The notes under the pieces: generated by a model
Told to the model about the DNA's origin: nothing
Databases searched by the model: none
Seen by the model: only the letters and a program-made list of their open reading frames with translations
Shown here: one piece after another, positions 40,781 to 49,403 of the stretch
Numbering within the stretch: the first letter of the stretch is position 1
Layout: the number at the start of each line of letters is the position of its first letter
Assembly: GCA_934699525.1 (NCBI GenBank)
Contig: CAKUWP010000008.1
Location: 5,603-69,602, forward strand
Source of the DNA: an uncultured Bacilli bacterium
GTDB lineage: Bacteria; Bacillota_I; Bacilli_A; RFN20; CAG-826
DNA: 64,000 nucleotides
Direction of reading: 5' to 3'
Position numbers and translations under genes: made by a program

Positions 40781-40863
40781 ATTTTTATTTTAGAATAAGC
40801 AAGGTTAATAATGAAGCGCTTTCTTAGAGGACAACGTCTTGGAAACGGGGTATCATTTCATTC

Positions 40864-41352
40864 GTGAAAAAATTAATCCTTGTCAGCGGGCCGGCCGGAA
40901 TCGGGAAATCGACCTGGTCCAAAAACTACGCTTCTTCCCACCCGGAGGAAAAGGTCATCGTGATTGCCGCGGACGAAATTCGCAAAGCCATGTGCGGCGG
41001 TTACGACAAATTCCCTGAGAACAACAACATGATGCTCGTCTATGACGAAATGATCCGTGTTGCAAAGGAAACGGCTGAAACCCATAAGGACGTGACGATT
41101 CTATTTGATACGACAATGCTATACGATGAACGTCGTCTCTACTTCCGCCGCCAACTTCAGGGATTTGATGAATATGAGTTATTTTTATTAAAACTCCACG
41201 ATTACAACCAATGTCTAATTCGCAATAAGAAAAGACCCGTGGAGAAATGGGTTCCCGAAGACGTGATTAAGAACATGGTCCGCCGTTACGCCGACCCCTC
41301 CCCTTACTGCAAATTGCAATTTGACCACGTCGAAGAAATCTACGTTGACTAA
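40864..41352 (+). CDS. P-loop kinase, polynucleotide-kinase-like (AAA_33-type), paralog of 18347-18841
   Basis: GTG start. GPAGIGKSTWSKNYASSHP..., AADEIR, FDTTML. Same motif order as the 18347 protein. Confidence 0.68.
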   Translation: MKKLILVSGPAGIGKSTWSKNYASSHPEEKVIVIAADEIRKAMCGGYDKFPENNNMMLVYDEMIRVAKETAETHKDVTILFDTTMLYDERRLYFRRQLQGFDEYELFLLKLHDYNQCLIRNKKRPVEKWVPEDVIKNMVRRYADPSPYCKLQFDHVEEIYVD

Positions 41353-41362
41353 AAAACGAGGC

Positions 41363-41938
41363 TCAAGCGGCCTCGTTTTCTTTTGGTGAACGATAGATAA
41401 ATTTCTTCCGCGTTACAAAGTTCCACACCATGGTAAACGCCGTTTTCACCACGAACACCGTCGTGAAAGCCCAGAACGTTAGGATATCTTGTTGGAACAG
41501 GGTGGAAAAATTGATGCTGAGGATGTTGATGTTCCAGCCACTCCATCGGAGGCAGGTCATATACCCGATGAATTGGAGGATGGCTCCTCCCAATAGGCCG
41601 AGAACACTCCAGAAAAGGAATTTTAGATTCCCCTTCCAAGTCTTGGCCGTTTTAGCGTCTTCTTCTTTGACGTTTTGGAAGCCCCATACCCCGGTTAACG
41701 CCCATGTAGCAGGCATGGCAATTAACATGCCGAGGATGGAAAGAAGGAATTGAATGAAAAATGCAGCAATGGCATTATCCGCATTATTTTGAACCCAAGA
41801 ATAAAGAAGGCTCGTGAGAACCATCTCGCTGACATAATCCAAAAGAGTTCCGTAGATTCCAATGACGGCAAAACGGACAATCTCCATGAAAAGAGAATTC
41901 TTGTCCCGCCATCCAAGACAAGTTTGTTGTTTCTCCAT
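41363..41938 (-). CDS. GtrA-like membrane protein
   Basis: ...VRFAVIGIYGTLLDYV... and C-terminal ...WNFVTRKKFIY, with 4 TM segments. Confidence 0.7.
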   Translation of the reverse strand: MEKQQTCLGWRDKNSLFMEIVRFAVIGIYGTLLDYVSEMVLTSLLYSWVQNNADNAIAAFFIQFLLSILGMLIAMPATWALTGVWGFQNVKEEDAKTAKTWKGNLKFLFWSVLGLLGGAILQFIGYMTCLRWSGWNINILSINFSTLFQQDILTFWAFTTVFVVKTAFTMVWNFVTRKKFIYRSPKENEAA

Positions 41939-42390
41939 TATTTCTTTTTAACCACTTTGGTCGACGATTTAACGGGCGCAGACTTCTTCGCCGGCGCCTT
42001 GGCTTTAACTTCTGGTTTTGCCTTGGGCTCTGGTTTTTTCGCCGCAACCGGCTTTGCCGCCTTCACTTCCGTCATCGGTTTTTTGACAGGTTCGAGTTTG
42101 GCCTTGGGTTCTGGCTTAGCAGCAATAACAGGTTTTGCCCCCTTGGTTTCCACTTTCACCGCTTCTTTCTTATGAACCTGAGTCGTCGCAATGGATCCTT
42201 TAGCCTTTCCTTTGGAATTATGGAAAAGGATCGTTCCTTGTTGATTGGCTCCAAGGGTTTGGCAATAGGTTTCGGCCTCCGCTTTTGTGCTGAAAAGCTT
42301 AATAACCGTGTCGCTACCCTGGATGCGGATGGCCCACATGCCGTCCGATTCCCGTTTAGAAACGTGATAGACTTTTCTTTTCTCTGCCAT
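41938..42390 (-). CDS. DUF2188-like small protein with Lys/Pro/Ala-rich repeat tail
   Basis: Start set at MAEKRKVYHVSKRESDGMWAIRIQGSD... (ATG 42388-42390). The tail has KPEPKAK repeats. TAATG overlap with the gtrA-like gene. Confidence 0.65.
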   Translation of the reverse strand: MAEKRKVYHVSKRESDGMWAIRIQGSDTVIKLFSTKAEAETYCQTLGANQQGTILFHNSKGKAKGSIATTQVHKKEAVKVETKGAKPVIAAKPEPKAKLEPVKKPMTEVKAAKPVAAKKPEPKAKPEVKAKAPAKKSAPVKSSTKVVKKK

Positions 42391-42442
42391 AATAAACAAC
42401 CTCACTTTCTTGTTTATTTTCACACATTATGATGCTTTTGAA

Positions 42443-45400
42443 TTAGAGAATAGAAGCATATTGCTTCTTTTTTAGCGAAACCAAGTAAAGTCGAACCTTC
42501 GATTCGTCCACGTGGAACAATCGACAAACGTTTCGACGGTAGGCGTGTAGCTGCTCAACGTAAGCTGGATCATCGATTTCCGAAGTTTTGTAATCAATGA
42601 TGGTGTAAACACCGTCTTTTTCGTAAAGCAAGTCGATATATCCCGTCTTTTTCGTTTCCTCGTCGTAATACCCATACTCCGAGAAAACATTGGCTTGTTG
42701 GGCTTCTTTTAGTGGCGGCAATTCCAAACAAGTGGCAATGGTCTTTCGATCCCAAACATCCTGAATGAAATCCAAGACCGGATTTTTGAAATCCACGGCT
42801 TCCATATAAGCGTGAAGTTTGGTCCCGTATTCAAGGGTCGCCACAGAAACCTCTTCATCCACGAAAGACTTGGATGCTCTCTTGGCAACAACGGGCTGAA
42901 ATTCCAGCGTCTCATCATTGACATACAAAGGACTGATGACGGGCTTCGATGAAGCATTTTTCTTTAATGGGGCCGGGAAAACCTGGCGATGTCTATCTTC
43001 GTAACGGTCTGTTTTGTAGGAAAGAGAGACCACCGATGGAATGCCATCAAAAAGGAGAGCAAAGGGGCGAATGCCAAACTGCACGAAATAATCGTGGACC
43101 TTCTTTTTATTCTTCGCTTCCGTCGCCGTAATGCCTAAAACAGGACGGAACGTCTCAGCGTCTTCTTCCAAAATGCATTTCCGCATGTTTTGTAACATCA
43201 TGTTCAAATCGTCGATATTCTCTTCGCCATCTTCACTATCGGAAACGTCATCTGCTTCTTCGTCTTGTTCTTCCAATCCTTCTTCGGATAAGGCGGCAGC
43301 CATCTTGGCAAATTCAGCTTCTTTCTTTTTTTCTTCCTGGATTCCAACGATGCCGCGAGACCCGTTTATATAAGCGTCAGGATAGTATTTAGCCAAATAG
43401 AAATTAGCCATCTCTTCTTCAGGCATCGTTTTGAAAATAGATAAATAGCGATCGTAAGCACGGGTCAAAATATCTTGGATTTCGGCATCCAAATATTGGG
43501 AAACCCATTCATCATAATAGGCGCGCTTTAAAGAGGAATAATTCTCTTTTTGCAAATCATCAAAGCCGGAGAATCCGATAAGATTTGGTTGCGTCTGAAC
43601 CAGAGCAAGATGAGACTGATAAGTATTCAGTTCTTCTTGCGACAAAAGGCCGTTTTTCATCAATTTCGTTGCAAAAGTCCCATCAATTTCTAAATGATGA
43701 GGGCATCGATGCATCATGGAATAGACTTCTTCGTTCGAATCCGAATAGACATCATTCCCCACGAGAATGATTTCGTTTTCTGCGCGGGTCAACGCCACAT
43801 AGAAAAGGCGAACGTGCTCATCGATATCCGGATCTTGTTTCTTCCGGATTTCCTTGGCTATAGTTCCCAAAGTGTCGGTAGATTCCTCAAAGGATTGGCC
43901 ATCAACAAACACGCCCTCCGGATGGAATTGTTCAAAACGGAATTGAAATCCCAAATCCTCTGAGAAAATAAAAGCAGGTAGACTTCTTCCATCTCCTTTG
44001 GAAAGGAAATTTCCGGATGAGGGCATATAAACGATCCGATTTTGTAAACCTTTGGATGCGTGAATCGTCATCATATCCACCGCGTCATCAGATTGAACAA
44101 GGGTGTCCGAAGCTAGGGACAAGTCATAGAGTTTCACGCTTTGGAACAAATGGACGAAATCAAGAAGCCCCTGTCCTCTTTGTTCTCCTTGAACCGCCAT
44201 TTGATACAAAGATTCGATTTTTTGGATATTCGCATCTACGTCCCCCATCAAATACAGCCGATCGATCACGTGAAAGCGTTCCAGCAATTCAAGGAAAATA
44301 GCGGAAAGGGAGGATTGTCGTAATTTCATCGCCAAATTTTCCATTCTTCGCCAAATGCCGCCTTCAGGATCTTGGGAAGGGTTGTCCGTTTTAAACGGGG
44401 CAAGAGGGTCTTCATTTTGTTTTTCGCTTTGCATCAATAGCTCATGAATGTGGGCATCGGAATATTGATCGCGGAACGCATAGCTTCTCGCAATGGATAA
44501 GAAAAGATGTTTGGGGTCTTCCGTTTCGGGTTGGATAAAATATTTCAAAAAGGAAATCAAGGATTGAAGGAACAAGACGGAACGCGTTTCCTGCAAATTC
44601 TCTGACTGCTTTTCATTGAGTTTAACGCCAGCCTCGTTAAATGCCTTTCGGAACAAGGGAAATGATTTTTTGGTACGCAGCAAAATAACAAAGTCGCCAT
44701 AACGGCATGGGCGCATCTTTTTGGCATCCAAATCATAAATAAGGTAGCCTTCGCTTACTTTTTGAATGATATCTTGAAGAATCGCAGAGATTTCCCAATG
44801 GACTTGAGTGGGGTCGCAGAAGCGTTTCTTTTTAGCGAAAGGATCGCATTCTCCGTATAGCCGCCAGATATGAAAATTATCGTCCTGATCCCCTTTTTGT
44901 TGTCCTGCCGTCAAGGCTTCCATGGGGTCTAAATAGTCGATACACCCATGATCTAACGTCATGTAGTAAGAACAGACGTAATTAATGTCATCGATGAGAG
45001 AAGGCCTCGATCGATAGTTCGTATTCATGGCAATGACTTGATGACCCGGACCTTGTTGATAATCTTTTTGGCGCTTGCGGAACAATTCCACGTTCGAGTT
45101 TCGGAACGCGTAAATGCTTTGTTTAGCGTCACCTACGCAAAAAAGATGAGCCTGCACCATCTTGCCATCCAGCAAAACCGGCTTCATCAAGCTACCAAGG
45201 AACAATTCTTGCGTATCGTTGGTGTCCTGATATTCGTCCACCATGATGTAACGGAACCTTCTTCTCACTTCATCGGCAACATCGTTATATTGTTGTTCCG
45301 TTAGCAACCGCAAGGACATAGCGCTGATGTCAGAAAAGGAAAAGGAGTTCGTGGAACGAAGGAAATCATTCATGCGACGCCGTACTTCTTCTTCCATTTC

Positions 45401-46501
45401 TAGAAGGAGATGCACATCAGGCTGGAAGGAAAATAATTTTTCTTTTTCGCGTTCTCTATCCCCGTGATAAGAGTATCGGGTATATAGACTACCCTGCGTA
45501 TCGCCTGCGATTTCTTTCAAAATTTTAAAAGCAGCATCATATTTCTTTTTCACTTCTTTATCGCCATCTATCACTATTTTCTTGGGTAAAGGCGCCCAAT
45601 ATTTTTCATCCCATTCCCGGAGTTTTTTGGCCATTTCGTCATCATTAGAATCGATGAGTTTTACCATGGTTTGACATAGGGAATCCGTGCAGGTTTCTCC
45701 AAAAGAAATGGCGTGATAATCCACGGTGAACGCCGCTTCTCTTTCGAAAACCTTCTTCCATTCCGCTAAATCCAAAGAATCCAAATCGGTGATTTCATCA
45801 AAATGAGAAAATACAAAATAAGCCCGATGGATGGCTAGAATCGTCTTTTTTCTTAGGTATTCCATTTTTTCATGGAAAAGTTGATCGGCAAATGTATCGG
45901 AAAAGAAACGTTCGTCATATTCCGCTAAATACTTTTCTCGATGAAGGGGGGTCATTTTATCGAGTTCATCCCCCATATCAAGAATCATTTTCTTAATGCC
46001 ATAATCGCTTTTAAGCGTAATTTTTTTTAGGGTGGAAATTAGGCGAGCCCGTTTTTCGGAATCGCTGTAATAATCCTGAATCACCTCATCCACCAATTCG
46101 TTTCGTTTGCTTTGATAAGAGGCGTCGTCCATCACGGATAACTGAGGCGAAACGCCTAGACGTGTCGCGTATTTTCCTACTAAATATTGGTTAAAAGAGT
46201 CGAAGGTCTGCACGTGGCTAGAAAGCATCTCTAAGGCTAGTTTAGAGACAGTAGGATCCTTTTCCTTAGCAAATCGCCCAACAATTCGGCTTTTCATTTC
46301 GTGGGCCGCATTATTGGTAAAGGTCAAAACAAGCAGCTCACTTGGTTTGATTTTTCCTTCTGCAATGATGTCGTAAACGCGTTCGGTTAGAGTTTTGGTT
46401 TTGCCACTTCCCGCACCCGCGGGGATCAGGATATCTTCATAAACGGGGGCTTCAACAGCCGCCTGTTGCATCTTATTAAGACCGTTATCTTTCTTTTTCA
46501 T
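42443..46501 (-). CDS. addA: ATP-dependent helicase/nuclease subunit A (AddA/RexA; UvrD-like helicase + PD-(D/E)XK nuclease)
   Basis: Start at ATG 46499-46501 (GGGGAGG 7 nt upstream). Walker A PAGAGSGKTK, MVDEYQDTN, and C-terminal nuclease GYIDLLYEKDGVYTIIDYKTSE. Confidence 0.88.
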   Translation of the reverse strand: MKKKDNGLNKMQQAAVEAPVYEDILIPAGAGSGKTKTLTERVYDIIAEGKIKPSELLVLTFTNNAAHEMKSRIVGRFAKEKDPTVSKLALEMLSSHVQTFDSFNQYLVGKYATRLGVSPQLSVMDDASYQSKRNELVDEVIQDYYSDSEKRARLISTLKKITLKSDYGIKKMILDMGDELDKMTPLHREKYLAEYDERFFSDTFADQLFHEKMEYLRKKTILAIHRAYFVFSHFDEITDLDSLDLAEWKKVFEREAAFTVDYHAISFGETCTDSLCQTMVKLIDSNDDEMAKKLREWDEKYWAPLPKKIVIDGDKEVKKKYDAAFKILKEIAGDTQGSLYTRYSYHGDREREKEKLFSFQPDVHLLLEMEEEVRRRMNDFLRSTNSFSFSDISAMSLRLLTEQQYNDVADEVRRRFRYIMVDEYQDTNDTQELFLGSLMKPVLLDGKMVQAHLFCVGDAKQSIYAFRNSNVELFRKRQKDYQQGPGHQVIAMNTNYRSRPSLIDDINYVCSYYMTLDHGCIDYLDPMEALTAGQQKGDQDDNFHIWRLYGECDPFAKKKRFCDPTQVHWEISAILQDIIQKVSEGYLIYDLDAKKMRPCRYGDFVILLRTKKSFPLFRKAFNEAGVKLNEKQSENLQETRSVLFLQSLISFLKYFIQPETEDPKHLFLSIARSYAFRDQYSDAHIHELLMQSEKQNEDPLAPFKTDNPSQDPEGGIWRRMENLAMKLRQSSLSAIFLELLERFHVIDRLYLMGDVDANIQKIESLYQMAVQGEQRGQGLLDFVHLFQSVKLYDLSLASDTLVQSDDAVDMMTIHASKGLQNRIVYMPSSGNFLSKGDGRSLPAFIFSEDLGFQFRFEQFHPEGVFVDGQSFEESTDTLGTIAKEIRKKQDPDIDEHVRLFYVALTRAENEIILVGNDVYSDSNEEVYSMMHRCPHHLEIDGTFATKLMKNGLLSQEELNTYQSHLALVQTQPNLIGFSGFDDLQKENYSSLKRAYYDEWVSQYLDAEIQDILTRAYDRYLSIFKTMPEEEMANFYLAKYYPDAYINGSRGIVGIQEEKKKEAEFAKMAAALSEEGLEEQDEEADDVSDSEDGEENIDDLNMMLQNMRKCILEEDAETFRPVLGITATEAKNKKKVHDYFVQFGIRPFALLFDGIPSVVSLSYKTDRYEDRHRQVFPAPLKKNASSKPVISPLYVNDETLEFQPVVAKRASKSFVDEEVSVATLEYGTKLHAYMEAVDFKNPVLDFIQDVWDRKTIATCLELPPLKEAQQANVFSEYGYYDEETKKTGYIDLLYEKDGVYTIIDYKTSEIDDPAYVEQLHAYRRNVCRLFHVDESKVRLYLVSLKKKQYASIL

Positions 46502-49001
46502 CTTCTGCCTCCCCTCTTTTTTTATCCTCTTCAAAATGTTTTGCGATTTGCTTCCACACCTTTGGCAAGGAATCAAAATCATTTGCCTTGCGGTAACAAA
46601 TATCGCGGAAAGAACAACTTGAACACGCTAGATCACCGCTGGATTTCACCGGCTTATGGAGCTGCCTTTGTGTTGGCGCAATGGCAAAATCGCCATTTTC
46701 GATACGGTGAATGACATTAAGGCAGGCCCTTTCCGCGTCCTCAACGATTTGGGGCAAAGAATAATAGGGGTCCCCCATCACTTCTTTTTCTAGACGAAGG
46801 GTGTCAGGCATAAAGCGGGGTTTTCCTGCGATGTATTTACCGGTAAATTTGCACTCAGTTTTGCCCTTGCTTGTCTTAAAGGAATCCTCATCATCGTCAG
46901 CAGCAAGCCAAAACCCCTCTTCCTTCAAGGTCAAACCCTTAAAAGCAGATTGGCTAAGCACTTTCTTTTCCGATAGCAAATGATTGCCGGCGTCAAAGGC
47001 TTGCTTGACGGAGGAAAAATAAATCTGTTGGATTCCGAATCCACCAAATTTACCTTCTCCACATAATTCTTTATCTTTTGATTTTTCTAAAGCAGAGTAA
47101 TAAAGCGGAAGCTGAATCGACTGTCCGGCACATACGTAACGGCAATCGAACTTTTCTGCGCCCGTTTTATAGTCAATGATGAAATAGTATTTTAGGTCGC
47201 CACGTTCAAATTGAACGATTTTGTCCACGCGGCCCGAGAACGGATAAACGCCCTCCTCGTCTTGCAAAGTCCAATAGATTTGCTTTTCCGCGAGGGATTT
47301 CGAAATATGGGAACATCCTTTCCACGTCAAGATACGATCTAAAAGGAGCTTTAAGCCGTCATGGTAAATTTCAATGAGGACGTCGTCCCGCTCCGTCCAC
47401 GTGTCTCCTTTTTGGTTCAAACTTTCTCGACATGCCTCCACGCCTTTTAGGAAGGAGGATTCATAATCGAAGGAGGGCAAGTAAGCCTCTTCCATAATTT
47501 TATGAACGAGCTCTCCCAGATAAATAAAGTGATAATCCTGGTCGTCTTCTTTGAGGAATTGCTTTAAATAGAATTGATAAGGACAACGAACATAGGATTC
47601 GATACGACTAATGGACCATCTTTTGATTTTCTTGCCTTCATCCCAACCCTTTCCGAGGTTCGTAAAAGCGGGGAAATAGGAAAGGAAACCATCTTCTTGT
47701 GGGTTATGAACAAATTGCGCGTCATATTCATGAGCGGACCAAAGACTTTTTGCCTCACTGGTGAAACAGCCCTTTTCATTCAAATCCGCCTTAATAACGC
47801 GGAATCGCGAAATGGCTTTTCCATCCTCTTTAGCAGGCATGGTGACCTCATTGATAAATGGGGAATCATAGATAGAATCCGATAAGTGTTCCCGAACGCG
47901 AGAAAGGAGAATAATGTTTTGAAAACATAGATAATTCCACTTCTTTCTTTTGTCCAGCAAGGTAAGAACATAGCTAGGATTTGCGTGGATTTTCACCAGT
48001 TCTGCATCGGAAATAACGTTTTTATCATCATAGGATTGATAGAAGGATCCATCACAAAAATCCATCACATAAACAAGCGAGTTTTTATCAAAATCAAAGG
48101 AAGACGTTACCCGAATTCCACAATCTCCAGCCATCTCTTTGGAGGCAGTGGAAGAAACAATTTCAAGCAGGTTGGCATACCTTTCTTTTTCTTGGGGGAG
48201 AGAAGCAATGCCATAAGTTTCGATGATGCGTTTTAATTCAGCCAATTCAGGATTTTCCTTTTCTTCGTCCGTGAAGGAAAAATCACTGGTTTGATAAATT
48301 TTAGCCATTTTCTCCGCAACAGCTGGGAGGGAGAGAAGTGGGGTACGGCTAGAGTAAATAACTGGGATGCCAAAGGCGCGGCTCGTTAGATGCAAATAGA
48401 AATTGTCGTTTTCGTCCGAAATCAAAATCTTGATGCGACCCGTCATCTCATCTCTTTGATTTTCCGGGGTTTCGAGTAAACGTTTGCGTATATCGCTAAA
48501 GACATAAAAATATTGTTGGAATTTATTGCGAAAGGACAAAACATCGATTCTGTCCGTGGCCGTTTTTTCATCGAAAAAAGGTGGAATTTTAAAGTCTGAT
48601 AAATGAAGAAGATCAAAGGAAATATTTTTTCTTTGGAGAAGGGACTGGATTTCGCTATCCTCATCCATTTCCAAAAGAAAAATTTTGCATTTCCGCAACA
48701 TGGCTTTTGCCAAAAGGGGGTCACTAGATTTGTATTCTTCTAACCATCCTGATATTTTTTGAGCTTTTTCATTTTGAGAAGCATCACAAACGCGAAGGAG
48801 TCTCAGCCACTTCTTCGCATCCATGTAGTCCAAGCCTTTGGACATGAGCCTTTGGATGGCTCCTTCCTTCCAAGAAAAAGACAAAAGGTCTAGGAGTTCT
48901 TCACAATCTACCAATTTAAAGCAAGAGAATGGGTTTTCTTTTTTGTACTGAAGCAAAAGGGGCCAATAACAGCGATCCGCAACAATAAGACGTTCTTCCA
49001 T
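46485..49001 (-). CDS. addB: helicase-nuclease subunit B (AddB/RexB-like), short form with Fe-S nuclease domain
   Basis: RCPYQFYLKQF...GRVDKIV...YFIIDYKTG...CSSCSFRDIC (Cys1 + CxxCx5C). No Walker A motif in the 838 aa. Overlaps addA by 17 nt. Confidence 0.8.
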   Translation of the reverse strand: MEERLIVADRCYWPLLLQYKKENPFSCFKLVDCEELLDLLSFSWKEGAIQRLMSKGLDYMDAKKWLRLLRVCDASQNEKAQKISGWLEEYKSSDPLLAKAMLRKCKIFLLEMDEDSEIQSLLQRKNISFDLLHLSDFKIPPFFDEKTATDRIDVLSFRNKFQQYFYVFSDIRKRLLETPENQRDEMTGRIKILISDENDNFYLHLTSRAFGIPVIYSSRTPLLSLPAVAEKMAKIYQTSDFSFTDEEKENPELAELKRIIETYGIASLPQEKERYANLLEIVSSTASKEMAGDCGIRVTSSFDFDKNSLVYVMDFCDGSFYQSYDDKNVISDAELVKIHANPSYVLTLLDKRKKWNYLCFQNIILLSRVREHLSDSIYDSPFINEVTMPAKEDGKAISRFRVIKADLNEKGCFTSEAKSLWSAHEYDAQFVHNPQEDGFLSYFPAFTNLGKGWDEGKKIKRWSISRIESYVRCPYQFYLKQFLKEDDQDYHFIYLGELVHKIMEEAYLPSFDYESSFLKGVEACRESLNQKGDTWTERDDVLIEIYHDGLKLLLDRILTWKGCSHISKSLAEKQIYWTLQDEEGVYPFSGRVDKIVQFERGDLKYYFIIDYKTGAEKFDCRYVCAGQSIQLPLYYSALEKSKDKELCGEGKFGGFGIQQIYFSSVKQAFDAGNHLLSEKKVLSQSAFKGLTLKEEGFWLAADDDEDSFKTSKGKTECKFTGKYIAGKPRFMPDTLRLEKEVMGDPYYSLPQIVEDAERACLNVIHRIENGDFAIAPTQRQLHKPVKSSGDLACSSCSFRDICYRKANDFDSLPKVWKQIAKHFEEDKKRGEAEDEKER

Positions 49002-49403
49002 GTCTTCCCCCTTTTCAAAATTATTATGCTCCTTATTTTAGGGGAAGAGCCTTCGGGGGCAAGGTGGGTAGACCCGATTTTTTTCGCCTTTTCGTCAGCG
49101 GAAAACGAAAAATGCCTATCGCAACAAAGCAGAAAATGCTTTCTTTATCCATTGGATAAATAAATCTTGTCATTTTTTTCGTTTTCAAAAGTTTTCATAA
49201 AGAAAAGGAAGAATCATTGTGTAGACCTCATCCCTATAATCCGTGAAAAGGTAATATTTCAATACTTAAAAATCATGAAAATTATGTACCTATTTTTAAA
49301 CTTGTTTTCATCTCTTTTTAGATTAAGATACTTGTATCAACGCCGATGAATAGAGCAACCCGGCTAGAGCCGCTTTTATTCATGGCAACAAGGAGTCTCA
49401 AAC

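Noticed and set aside
41950-42170. Short tandem-like DNA repeats that might have been a CRISPR or VNTR array.
   Set aside because: They are in-frame codons for the KPEPKAK-type low-complexity tail of an ORF. The repeats are imperfect and lack spacer structure.
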